This document shows, piece by piece, positions 1-11,916 of a stretch of DNA of 64,000 bases (the stretch's first letter is position 1; the number at the start of each line of letters is the position of its first letter). The notes beneath the pieces are model-generated. The model was not told the origin of the DNA. It did no database searches and saw only the letters and a program-made list of their open reading frames with translations. Origin of the DNA: Adineta vaga (lineage: Eukaryota > Animalia > Rotifera); NCBI GenBank assembly GCA_021613535.1, contig CP075494.1, positions 3,844,001 to 3,908,000 of the forward strand, in the 5' to 3' direction. The position numbers were made by a program, and so were the translations under genes.

Positions 1-3000
1 GATTTGGAGGTCCTCTGAACTGCTTTGAAATAATGAAGGCTTATATTGAAGCCGGCGCTGCTGGAGTTCATTTCGAAGATCAATTAGCTTCCGAGAAAAA
101 ATGTGGACATTTGGGCGGAAAGGTAATAAAAAATTGAATATATCAACTCGAATGTTGAATTTAAAATTATGTTCTTTTTTCAAAAACTAAATTTCAGGTT
201 TTAATACCAACTAGTGCTCATCTGCGAAATTTGAATGCAGCTCGTTTGGCAGCAGATGTTTGTGGAGTTCCAACAGTAATTGTGAGTCGAACGGATGCAG
301 AATCAGCAACACTATTGACTTCAAATATTGACGAACGGGATCAGGAATTCATCGATATTCCAGCTAGTCGAACTACAGAAGGATTTTTTCGTCTAAAAGA
401 AGGAACTGGATTACAACATTGTATTAGAAGAGGTCTTAGTGCAGCGCCATTTACGGATCTTCTTTGGTGGGAAACTTCGACACCAAATTTGGAGCATGCA
501 AAGGTATTTGCAGAAGCGATTCAAAAGGAATTTCCTGGAAAGATGATGGCATATAATTGCTCTCCATCATTCAACTGGCGAGCAAATTTAAGTCCAGAAG
601 CAATTGCAAAATTTCAGGTACGGTTCTGACAACGTTTTAAGTCTGTTGACACGTCAATTATTTCTAGAATGAACTTGGAGCTATGGGTTATAAATTTCAA
701 TTTGTCACATTAGCAGGATTTCATTCGATTAACTTCGGAATGTTTGAACTTGCTCGTAAGTACAAAGATCACGGAATGGCTTCGTATTCCGAATTACAAC
801 AAACAGAATTCAAATCTGAACAATATGGATATACAGCCGTGCGACATCAACGTGAAGTTGGAACGGGCTATTTTGATTTAGTAACTATGGCTGTTACAGG
901 TAAGCAATATTTACCGATTGAATAATCTGAAGAGAATCATAAATATGTTTTCAACCTTTTTACTTAAATGAGATAATATCTAAAGAAAATTTTAGGAGGA
1001 AAAGCAAGTACAGCTGCGTTGTCTGAATCGACAGAGGCCACACAATTCACCAAAGATGCAGAACCACTTCCATATGGTCTTCCAGTAACTCCTCTTCAAA
1101 CATCGACAGAACCATCCGATGTAAAAGACGTTTTGAAGTAAGTTTCTACACTGACTTAATACCCAAAATCGAATCCATTAAAAGAATTCGTCACTCAAAA
1201 TTCTGAAAAGCAGAAGTTTTATTGCTTTTTTTTGTAAAAAAAATGTTGTTCAAATAAAAAATGCGAATTAATGTTCAATACGATAATGTCTAATAGTATA
1301 AAACGGAACGCATCTGTGGATCATTCAGTACAACTTACAAAGGATTTACAAGAAGGTGATGATAAAGTAATCAATATCGGAACGATACAGTTTTTGGCAA
1401 CTTTACATCGACGATTTGAGAAAAAACGTCAACAAATCTTAGATGCTCGAAAATCTCGTCAGCTCATTCTGGATGCAGGATAGCGACTATTTTCTAACGG
1501 CGACCGAAGATATTCGACGATCAAACTGGAAAATTCGAGGTAAATATTGCAAATCTTCTAGTGTGATAAAATAGTCTGGTTCTAAAACGAACGTTTAGGA
1601 ACTCCAGAGGATCTTCAAGATCGTCGAGTCGAGATCACTGGCCCGTGTGATCGTAAAATGGTTATTAATGCATTAAATTCAGGAGCAAAAACCTATATGG
1701 CAGATTTCGAAGATTCGACGACTCCCACTTGGAGAAATTTAGTTGAAGGTCAAAAGAACTTGTTCGATGCTATTCGTGGTCAAATTTCTTATCAAGATTC
1801 TCAAAGTGGAAAACAATACAAACTTGGTAAAGAGTTTTTTGCAATCTCAAACTTTTTTCTCAATTTTCTATTTCTTGAAAATGTACCTTTTTCAGGACCA
1901 AAACCTGCTGTACTTATGATTCGACCAAGAGGATGGCATTTACCAGAATTGCACGTCCGGGTAGACGGCGAACCAATGTCTGGATCAATTTTCGATTTTG
2001 GCGTGTATGTTTTTAACAACGCAATAAAGTTAATCGAGAATGGAACTGGGCCATATTTGTATCTTCCGAAATTGCAGAACTATGAAGAAGCTGAGCTTTG
2101 GAACGAGGTTTTAAATGTTGCAGAAGATGTTTTGAAACTTCCTAGAGGAACCATTAAGGTAAACATTTTTTCGGACAAAAAAAGTATCTGTTTTTCTAAT
2201 TTCATATTGGAAGGTAACTGTTTTAGTTGAACATATTTTGTTGACCTATGAAATTGAAGAAGTTTTGTATGTTCTTCGCGATCACATTGTGGGTCTCAAC
2301 TGTGGCCGTTGGGATTATATTTTCTCATATATTAAAGCATTTCGAAATCTTCGTAAATTTCTGACACCAAATCGTTCAGAAATTCGAATGACAACACCAT
2401 TCATGCAAAACTATGCTCGTTTTGTCATTAAAACTTGCCATCAACGTGGAGCACATGCAATGGGAGGAATGGCAGCACAAATACCGATCAAATCTGATCC
2501 TGAAGAGAACGTCAAAGCTTTGAACACTGGAAAGAAGTAAGCAAAAATCAGAACAATTTCTTTATGTAGTTACTTCTCGATTTTAAGGATAAAATTAGAG
2601 AAGCTACTGAAGGTCATGATGGAACTTGGGTCGCTCATCCGGGTCTTGTCAGTGTAGCAGCCACAGCATTCAGTGATGCATTTGACACAAAACCAAATCA
2701 AGTAGATCGTTTACGATCTGATGTGAAATCCCTCGGCAGCAGATCTAATCCAGATTCCGATAGGACAGAGAACAGAAGATGGTCTTCGACATAATATCAA
2801 TGTTACGTTGGGCTATTTGGAAGCTTGGTTACGTGGAACCGGTAATAATATTTAAAATTACTTGAACGTCATCAGTTTGTTACGTATTTCTATCTCTTCA
2901 GGTTGTGTCCCTCTATATAATTTGATGGAAGATGCTGCGACCGCAGAAATAAGTCGCTCTCAAATATGGCAATGGATTCGACATCAAGCTAACTTAGACG

Positions 3001-3194
3001 ATGGTCGAATGGTTGATCTTCGAATGGTCGAAAACCTGATTAATGAGGAAAAAAGAAAATGGATTGCCAAAATGCAAAACCAAAATCGATTCGATGATGC
3101 CGCAGATTTATTGATGAAATTTATTAGTAACACTAATCTGAAGGAATTTTTGACTTTGGACGCCTATGAAAAATTGGTTCAAGAAGGATATTAA
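1..3194 (+). CDS. Bifunctional isocitrate lyase-malate synthase fusion (5'-partial, multi-exon); malate synthase half disrupted
   Basis: ICL motifs [34 protein letters not shown] and [11 protein letters not shown]. Exon 996-1137 runs past the ICL C-terminus (STEATQF) with no stop and splices in frame (intron 1138-1296) into MS. MS motifs [47 protein letters not shown] and [15 protein letters not shown] at 1481-1483 and frameshifts near 1490, 2529 and 2730. Confidence 0.9.
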
Positions 3195-3330
3195 TTTTTA
3201 TTATTGATTTTTTTTTCTTTCGTCGCTCACAACACAAGGTTTGAAAGATGGATCTTTCTTTTTCAATCTTATCTCCCGTAGAAGACTGATGATGTTATTA
3301 ATTATGTTGTCTAACATATACAGAAAAAGA

Positions 3331-5095
3331 TTAAAACGATAATATAATCGAATTCTTTCGTATATTATTGCGATCTTTCATTTGTTGTTCTTCTTCTTCG
3401 TCGTTAACTAATGAATTTCGTCTTGTTTTCACATTTCTTTTATGAAAGAAAATAACAACACTGGAAATAATATATAAGATCATTGTTATAATAATAGATC
3501 CTGTTAGAAGAGTTGGAAAATGATTCTGATTCATATCCATTAAAATACCTATCAAAAGAAGAACAATGTAAAAACTTGCATAGTTCAATATTATTTACCA
3601 GCTATCTTTTGTAGTATCAATGATCCTAAACCACATGCACAAAGTAGTGCTGCAAGTAACGGTGGAATAACATTGAGATTTTGAGTAAACCACGCAAATG
3701 ATAATGGAAAAAGTGGTGCAATAATGAATCCAGTTAAAGAGCCCAGAATAAAAAGTCCTCCAATTGTCAAACCAAAAACCCATACATAAATATTCCATAT
3801 AACAGCAAGAAATAAACCTGCACACCATGTGATAGTTAAACATATATAAACTGGTAAGAATATCGATAAAACAGCACAGACCAAACGACCAATCTAAACT
3901 TTTACCATGAAAATACAAAGAAAAAAATTGAAATAAACTTACTGAATATGACAACCAATAACATATGACACCCCAACTTGCATCATTACTTGAAATAGCA
4001 AATTTATCTTGTTTTAAAAATGAAAAATAAAATTTTGCAAAGATTTGATCAGTTCCACTAACAAAGAATATGTACATAATAAAGAGTAAAGAAAGTATTA
4101 AACCAAATGTAAAAGAACCATTTCCACATGTTCTTGGTGAATATTGAGGAAATTTCGTTTTTTTTATTCGTGTATCACATTGTAACGATACTGTTTCTAC
4201 GATTGCTTGGTCAATCTAAAAGAAAATATGTAAATTTATTTTTCAACAGATTTTAAACCTGTTGAATTTCATTTGGATTCGATTTCTCCAATTGTTTTTG
4301 TACGCAAAATATCAAATGTCCAAGACCGATTAGAAAACACAATATTCCGGAAATTAGATAAGGAGTTCGAATAGTCGTATTGAATGATGGGGAAGATAGA
4401 GTATCATTGCCATCATTTAGAAATGGACGAACAAGTAGATTGGCAGAGATCGCACCAAATCCATAACCTAAATGAACTATGTTCAAAGGTGTTGCAACAC
4501 GAATACTCCACATATCGATGAGAAGATTTGTACCTCCTACAAATAGAATTTCATATTGAATGAAAGAATTTTATTATCAAGAAGTATTTACCCATATTAA
4601 CAAAACTTGATGAGACACCTTGAAGAAAAAATATCGTACACATTGGTATTAACGAATGAATAAATGGTGTAATACACATAACTAAAACGAAATAAATAGA
4701 GAATTTGTGTAGAATCAAAATTGTTAATTTATTCATACGCAAAGTAGATAGAAAAAAGCCTGTGGTTAACATTAATTCTGAATAATTATTGGTAAAATTT
4801 TGAAAGATACCACAGAATATATTTGTTATTAAACCTCCAGCACTGCCCGATGCAAGTACTGAAGCTATACCATTGAATGTTACTTGTATATTATGAGCAA
4901 GAATAGTCATTGTTGGACCAATTATTTCACCACAGAGTCCCTAAATAAATAAGAATTTAAGAGTTTTATTCAATCAAACGGGTGAAATATTACTAGAATG
5001 AACCAACTAAGAACGAGTAAGATCGTTCTAATCAATTTCTGTAGTGTAATTGGAGGTTTTTCAGATAAAGATTCAATAGCTTTTTTCTCTGTCAT
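3331..5095 (-). CDS. MFS transporter (MFSD4/NaGLT1-like), multi-exon
   Basis: Hydrophobic helices in ORFs 4551-4910, 4253-4513, 3595-4077, 3591-3884 and 3331-3588. Motifs GLCGEIIGPTM, HLGYGFGAI and IAPLFP. Short GT-AG introns. Probable ATG at 5095. Confidence 0.8.
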
Positions 5096-5197
5096 AGTAA
5101 TGATGAAGTTTAAAATAAACGAAATAATCAATCGTGTGTTTTGATCCTATCCGTTACGTTCGATAATTTTCTTATCAATCCTATTCTCTTGCATAAC

Positions 5198-5218
5198 TAT
5201 ATATATATATATATATAT
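5198..5218. repeat. (AT)n microsatellite
   Basis: Run of alternating TA seen directly. Confidence 0.85.
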
Positions 5219-5370
5219 CTAATACATACGAGTTATGATGTATTATGTAAAACAAGTACATTTGTTCGTTCATCCTGTCTATCATTTATTACATAGACCT
5301 ATATGAATATAATCAAAGGAAAGACGAAAAAAAACGACGATTTCAAATCGCTGCGTATACAAGTCATTGT

Positions 5371-7426
5371 CTATCGAAGATGAAGAAGTTTAGGTATAGA
5401 AAAAAGATTCGATGCAGTAAAAAGAATTAAACAAAGACGATCAATAATCATAGCAACAAATTTCCAATCTTCCGATTCTTTGTTATATTTTTCTTGACGT
5501 CGAACACGGCGACTTAAAATAGTCAAATGAGAAGTGATAGTACGTAATTCTGAACGTATCATTTCTGTTTGATACATATTCAAAGCGTTCGATAAATCAG
5601 TAGAATGTTGTGGTTGAAGAACTCTCGTTGAATATGGATGTCGATTATTATCAAGGTTATCGACATTGATAATATTGTGATTCACTGGTGATAATTCTAA
5701 AATATCATCTAGTAATGCAGTGGATTGATATTTAGAATGATGTTTATTAACTGATCCATTGATATTATTTATATCTTGTTTTTTCGTATTCCATCGACAA
5801 CGTATTCCATGCCATGTTAAATCATGTCGAGGATGTTTCGTATGTAATAATCATGCCAAATAATAACAAATATATTTTCGAATCTAAATGGGTTTTTTTC
5901 TCTCTCTAAACTATCATGATGATGAAATGTACTCACCCATAAAGGCATTGTATGAGTTTGTGAGTTTCTAAAATGAACTGATATTACTAATACAGATGCA
6001 ACCACAGAAACTGTTGACATAGTCATAATACACATGAAATATTTCGAAATAATTGGTATAGTCGTGGAACTCGGTGGCATTATTTCAAACATAAGTAAAC
6101 TAAACATAATGACCGAAAGAAGAATAGTAATCTCTAGAAAAAAAACTCATAAAAAGAAATTTAAAAATAAAAATTCTTACATACGTAGTGTCAATTTTTC
6201 ACCACTGTCCGGAGCTAATAAAAATCCCAGAACTGTCATACAACTGATAAGAAAACATGGTACTACGAAACAAAAAGACGTATGATCGATTTATAAAACT
6301 GTTTTTATATTTACCGACAATATTAAAGAAATAATAGAGAGAACATCGACGAATACGAATCGTATACAGAACAAATGGATATAACGTTGGACAACAATCA
6401 TATTTGAGAACATTAACTACCGCAGAAAATTCTAAATTCACCTAACTAAATGAAAATATTCAAAAGTAAATCACATAAAACTACCTTCTAAACTCCATTG
6501 CCCATTTTTTATATAAGCATCCAATTGACCTTCATTACTCTCTGCTGTTAGATTGATTCCTAGATATAAAATGGAAGAAGAGGTAGAAAAAAAAGCATCC
6601 TATTGTACGCAATCACAAACCAGCATCATCAAATGTCCATGATCCAAATTTGAGTGTACAATGTTGCGTATCCTGAAAGAATATAAAACATAAAAATAAA
6701 TTACGAATTATTTTTTGAAACTTACAAACGGAAATGAAGCAATATTAAACGAACAAATAGGTTTGAAAATTCCCGGTGGAACATACAAGATATCACCAGT
6801 ATGTTGTACAACAGCATTGACTTTCAATGTACTATCAAATTTTTCATCAGCACTTAAAAGAAAAGAAAACGATGTCTTTTTTGTTATGTTCTCTTGTCAG
6901 AATATCGTTACCTGTTATAGAGAAGAATATCTGGTATCCAAATTTGTGTACTTGGCAATCGTATTGTTTGAATACCACCATAATCTTTTGGATTCCATTT
7001 TAAATTACAATCATTCCATGTCTACTGAAAACAATACATAGATCATATAGAATATTAGTCTATATATACATACAAGAACCATCCAACCACTGATGAGAAT
7101 GACCTCATTTTTTGCATCCTGTAAATATGAAAAGAATAAAATCGAATCAATGAAATGTGTAGTTACAAAATTAATAATTTGTTGTAAAGCCAAATTCATT
7201 CGAACAGGTAAGGTTTGTGTATCGTTGCAAACAGGTCGTTCCAGTGGACTGTGTTGCTTTCCTTTAAGTAAATATCTGAGTAGAAAACGTTGATGATGAC
7301 CTCCAACTAATTTTTAGCATGATTTGATGTTGTTTGAAAGAAATTTGTTAACTTACCTGTTATTTGGAAAACATAGGAAATGATAACGAGATATATTTTC
7401 CATTGCTGTTGTATTGTATTCATCAT
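5371..7426 (-). CDS. Nicotinic acetylcholine receptor alpha subunit (alpha7/9/10-like); in-frame TGA after TM3, possible pseudogene
   Basis: ERPV motif, Cys-loop [21 protein letters not shown], loop [15 protein letters not shown] before TM2 and [15 protein letters not shown] before TM4. TGA at 5853-5851 in YYLA*LL. Confidence 0.88.
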
Positions 7427-7476
7427 TGTGCTTGTAAGAGTGAGACTGTGATAGATAGTTGATAAACAAGGAATGA

Positions 7477-7743
7477 ATAATGTTATTAACATTTTCTTTG
7501 TAGTATAGAGAAGAAGAAGAAGAAGAAAAAGTTCTAATGTAAATAAATTAAACAATGCGCTGTTAAGTCTGATGTCGATAATTTGTAGACGAAAAGTTTG
7601 ATTTTATCATTCCTGACTTTTCTGTCTTGAAAAGAGGTTTAATGTTTTGTTATATATATATATATATATGGTTGAAAAGTCACAGATTTCCTTTTGATCA
7701 TTTCTTTTCAAACAAGTGTCCAATAGCCGAAAAGTATATATCA
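7477..7743 (+). repeat. Diverged ~250 bp direct repeat, copy A (nAChR 5' region)
   Basis: Shares ttaagtctgatgt..., tcattcctgac and tgtcttgaaaagaggtttaatgtttt with 10846-11085. Confidence 0.85.
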
Positions 7744-8622
7744 AATCAATAAATAATTGTGTGTTTGCTAATATTTACATTAAACTGAAGGTGTGGGTCA
7801 GTTAAAGTGAGAGGAGATGTGCATGAGGAGAGAAGCGAAGACGAATGAAAAATTCTTCATCAAACTTTATAAATTTATATTCCTCTTCACTCGCTGATAT
7901 CTTTTGAGGAGCGTCCGAAACCAGACGAAATAGTTCCAACTCAGCTTTACTACATTCATATCTACAGAATGTAAATTATCTATTACAACATACATTATAT
8001 TTAGAAACAAATAATTATTTTTTATGTTACAGTGTAAACTTCAATGTTACTAACGATAAAATGTGTGGTTTCAATAAAAGTAACGAAGAGGTCTTCGTGA
8101 CAAAAACTCCACTGGTTATCATAAGCTTCGATAAAATTCATTAAGTTTCAACTGTTGTTGTTTATCGGACAGTAACGTGCCACTCACGAATAGAAGTTAT
8201 TCATCAACCGTGATATCATGCTGGATAAGAACTGAAATTTAAGAAAAAGAGACACCACTTCTGAGAGTATTTTATTGACTCTCTTGATTGTATTATTGTA
8301 CTATTTACAGATCGTTTCTTCTACAGAACCCTCGTAAGGTTGAGAATACGGATGAATGTCGTCTGTTAAAGCACATTTACACATACAACCACACCCTCAA
8401 GATACACATTTGTTACGCACTTTTAGAGACAGATCGACAAAATCACTTTCTTTTTGTAATGAAAGATAATAAAGAGCTAGCTACAGAGTGGATACATTAA
8501 TATGATCACGATACAATATAGAATGAATGAAAGTCAATATTCACGACTATGTGTGGTATTTTTCTGCATAACTGTATGTCAATGTACTTTGAAACTTAGA
8601 TACATAAGAGCTGTTCTTCAAA

Positions 8623-9806
8623 TCATCGTACTCTTGTGTTCGTCAAATATTCCAAGATGATTGGACCACGAGTATGAGATTGGGCTGCTTGTGTAGCTAT
8701 GGATAAATCTCTAACAGTTCTTCGAAATGTTTCATCATTTGTTATTGGTTGAATACGATTAGTGTTAATTAATCGTCTACACTTGAATATTGAGCGTAAC
8801 GCACGAATTAATTCCTTTCGAAATGTGCGCGATGACATAGTATATAAAAAGAATGATGAAGCAGGAAATAAAAGGATCACTACTTCCGCCATGAAAAAAG
8901 CAAAACGTTCAATTGATATACGCTCTATTGGTTTATTCGAAATATTCAATGTTGCAGCATTGTAAATATAAAAGACCATGAGAGGTATGACTGAAATAAC
9001 ATAGACAATGACTTGAGTGAAAAGCATAACTAAAGCTTGTTGATCTCGTGAGCGATGGATATGATGTGCTTCATCTCTTTCTACTTGTAGATTGATTGTT
9101 GGTTGACGACGCTGCCGTTTAAGAGCGAGATTCTGACGAATTAACAGGGCACAACCAAACATGATGGACGTTGGCAGAACGCAGGAGGCCATGGTCGTAA
9201 AAATACTGTGGTAGAGTGCTGCAGCTATGCCACTAAAAATTCCACATGTACTTGCCCTTATATTATAAAAGATAAGAGTATGCACAGGCAGAATAAGCCA
9301 AACGATCACTATTACTACTACAACACGACGTGCAATATATACTCTTGCATAGTTTCGGAAACGTGCATTTGAAGATGAGAGTGCCAATCGATCAATACAA
9401 GCTGCAGTCAATGACCAACGATATGTCAAAGCAACAAATTGATTTAAGTAGATGCGTAATTTACAAAATGCAAGTATTGTTGTAATTGGATCGATGTTAT
9501 TTAGTGAATACAAACTTGGTCCAATACCGAATCCCAAATTAGCTATCATTGCCACGGATGATGCTAAGAAATCTATTAAAACATTAGAAATTCTTATACC
9601 GATAAATAGAGTCATGTACGAGAATAAAAAAAACATGAATATAAAGATGACTTACATGTGCAACAGGATACTGTTCGATAATGTCGTTGAGAGAAGAGAA
9701 GAATGTTTAGACAACATCCGACTATGCCAAGTATAAGATATACAGAATAAAGATAACGAGTAGTTTCCTGTTGAATAACAAGCAGTGTATTAGCCAACGA
9801 CGACAT
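8623..9806 (-). CDS. Orphan rhodopsin-like (class A) GPCR, copy 1; two exons (9806-9656, 9572-8623)
   Basis: Seven hydrophobic segments, GCCLNI in TM1, FCKLR, ACIDR (DRY-like), FFLYTMSSRTFRKEL. 83-nt GT-AG intron 9655-9573. Confidence 0.88.
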
Positions 9807-10845
9807 GTGTTCAACTGATATTCTATAAAAATTAAGCAAGATGCAAAATTTACTATACTACACAGTATTCATGTTCATGACTGATATCCGAACACAACCA
9901 GACATGATAAGCTACTCGAATTATAATTTTTTTCTTCTTACATAGTTAGTTGTTATATCTGTAAGAAAGAGAAATTGTCTGAATAGAAGCAACAGAAAGT
10001 AGAATGAGTTTTATATGCTATTTATTTATGTGCGTGTCGGAAAGGATGAGCAACTGACAAACATGATCTGTTATGTACGCACCGATGCCTCGCTTTTCAT
10101 ATTGCTCTGGAAGGATACGATGATGAAAGAAGAAAAGAATTGTCAGTAGATTATCTATCGCAATAATTTATTATTAACTCGCACTGATACTGCTCTCAAG
10201 AAATGTTACATATTGAAGAGAATATAAACTATAGCGATACTAAATATCGTTAAATGCATCCATGATAAATAATAGTGAGAATATTTGACATTCCCGATTT
10301 GACGATATTATCATGACGAAATGTATTTGTTATATATTAGTTTTCATTCAGAGTCTTTCAATTATACTCTTATTTTTTGATTAATAAATTTTAGATATCC
10401 GTATTAATTTCATCTATTGATGAAAACGATCATACAGAAACTACTAAGTACCAGAAAGAGTTCTGCAGCTGACATGATAGAATGCGTTAAAGAAAATAAT
10501 TGAATAAAAAAATATCAAAGCCTATGTATTTGCTTGAAATATACTTTCTTTGGCAGTGTAATTAAAAATAATATTTCTTATTATTTGAGAGAATCATTTT
10601 AGTTATATTCTCTTCTGTTACACAATGATGTTAGTTTTTGAACTGTTAAAAACACTCAAATTATTTTTAGGAATCACAAATTAACAGAAATTACCTTGTC
10701 AAAAAGAGAAAGTACTTTTTTAAACGAAAACTGTGTTTGAGTACGACTTCAGTATTATGAACAACCACTTTAATATAGAAATCGAGTATTTATTGTTGAA
10801 AATAAATATAATTGTTTGAACCTTGATACACAGATCCTCAAGATG

Positions 10846-11085
10846 ATAATGTTATCACTATTTTCTTTGTAATTTTTAGAAGAAGAAAAAAATTTATAAT
10901 GCAAATGAATCAAACAACGTGCTCTTAAGTCTGATGTTGATGATTTATAGACGAAGAAAAGTTTGATTTAATCATTCCTGACGTTTTGTCTTGAAAAGAG
11001 GTTTAATGTTTTATTATATTCATATATAGTTTAAAAATTATAGATTTCTTTTCAAACAAGTATTCAATGACTGAAAAGCATGTCA
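10846..11085 (+). repeat. Diverged direct repeat, copy B of nAChR upstream sequence
   Basis: Alignable by eye to 7477-7743. Confidence 0.85.
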
Positions 11086-11164
11086 CGACTACTGACACGA
11101 GATTAGATACTTCAAGGGTGAGTTGTCTTTATTTTCTCAGCATTAACCTAATCTGCATTTTGTT

Positions 11165-11743
11165 TTGATTACGAAAGCACTTTCACTTGAAGAGATGAAT
11201 TTTTCTATAATTTTGTATGACTTTAATTTGAATAAAAATAATATACTTCCGGCATATTCTTCTACCAAAATAGTTGTATTGCGTGGTGCTCGATTTTATG
11301 ATGATCAACCTGTTATTAAACAGTTAGCAAAGGAATTGAATATTTCATACCATTCAAGTTTATTTAAAGGAACAAGTTATTGAAACATTAAACTATCAAA
11401 TAACAATCATTCTTGTAATCGTTATCGATAATTTATCCTCAATATTTCGAAAACGAAAGAAGAAAATCTCCCACAAACTGTTTATAACGATGAGTCGCCT
11501 ATTAAAACATGATTTATGTCACTTCTCCGATCAGATTGGAATGATGGTGCAATTGATTCTTCGGTATTATCATTTAATTCACAATTTAATTTTGATAATA
11601 TTTGTTATCAAAATGATTCAACTGTTATACTAATGAAATTTTTTGTACAAAATATTCACATGAGTAAAACACAACGATATACACTTGATAAATTTCGTTT
11701 CGACCATACACATTATTCTTTCTTATATCGACGCAGATATTAG
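11165..11743 (+). pseudogene. Decayed coding remnant of unknown family
   Basis: ORFs 11165-11383 and 11516-11743 are in the same frame, and the sequence between them reads as protein-like with three in-frame stops. Confidence 0.4.
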
Positions 11744-11916
11744 CGATCGAAATATGTACTCTCTTTCTTTCTCGGTCGTTGAAAAAATGTTATCTTTAAT
11801 CGTACTTTTTTTCTATTCTGTTCTATTCTTTTTCTCTCGAATAACATATACGTTTCTAATCTTGAAACGCCTCATATATTCAAGAGATACGATTTTATCT
11901 ACACGCGTGCACAATC

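Noticed and set aside
5851-5853. TGA as Trp/Sec recoding (alternative genetic code)
   Set aside because: TGA terminates other genes here (e.g. GPCR copy 1), Trp is otherwise TGG, and no SECIS is evident.
8762-9736. Plus-strand ORFs conserved in both GPCR copies
   Set aside because: Antisense shadows; they are conserved only because the DNA is nearly identical.
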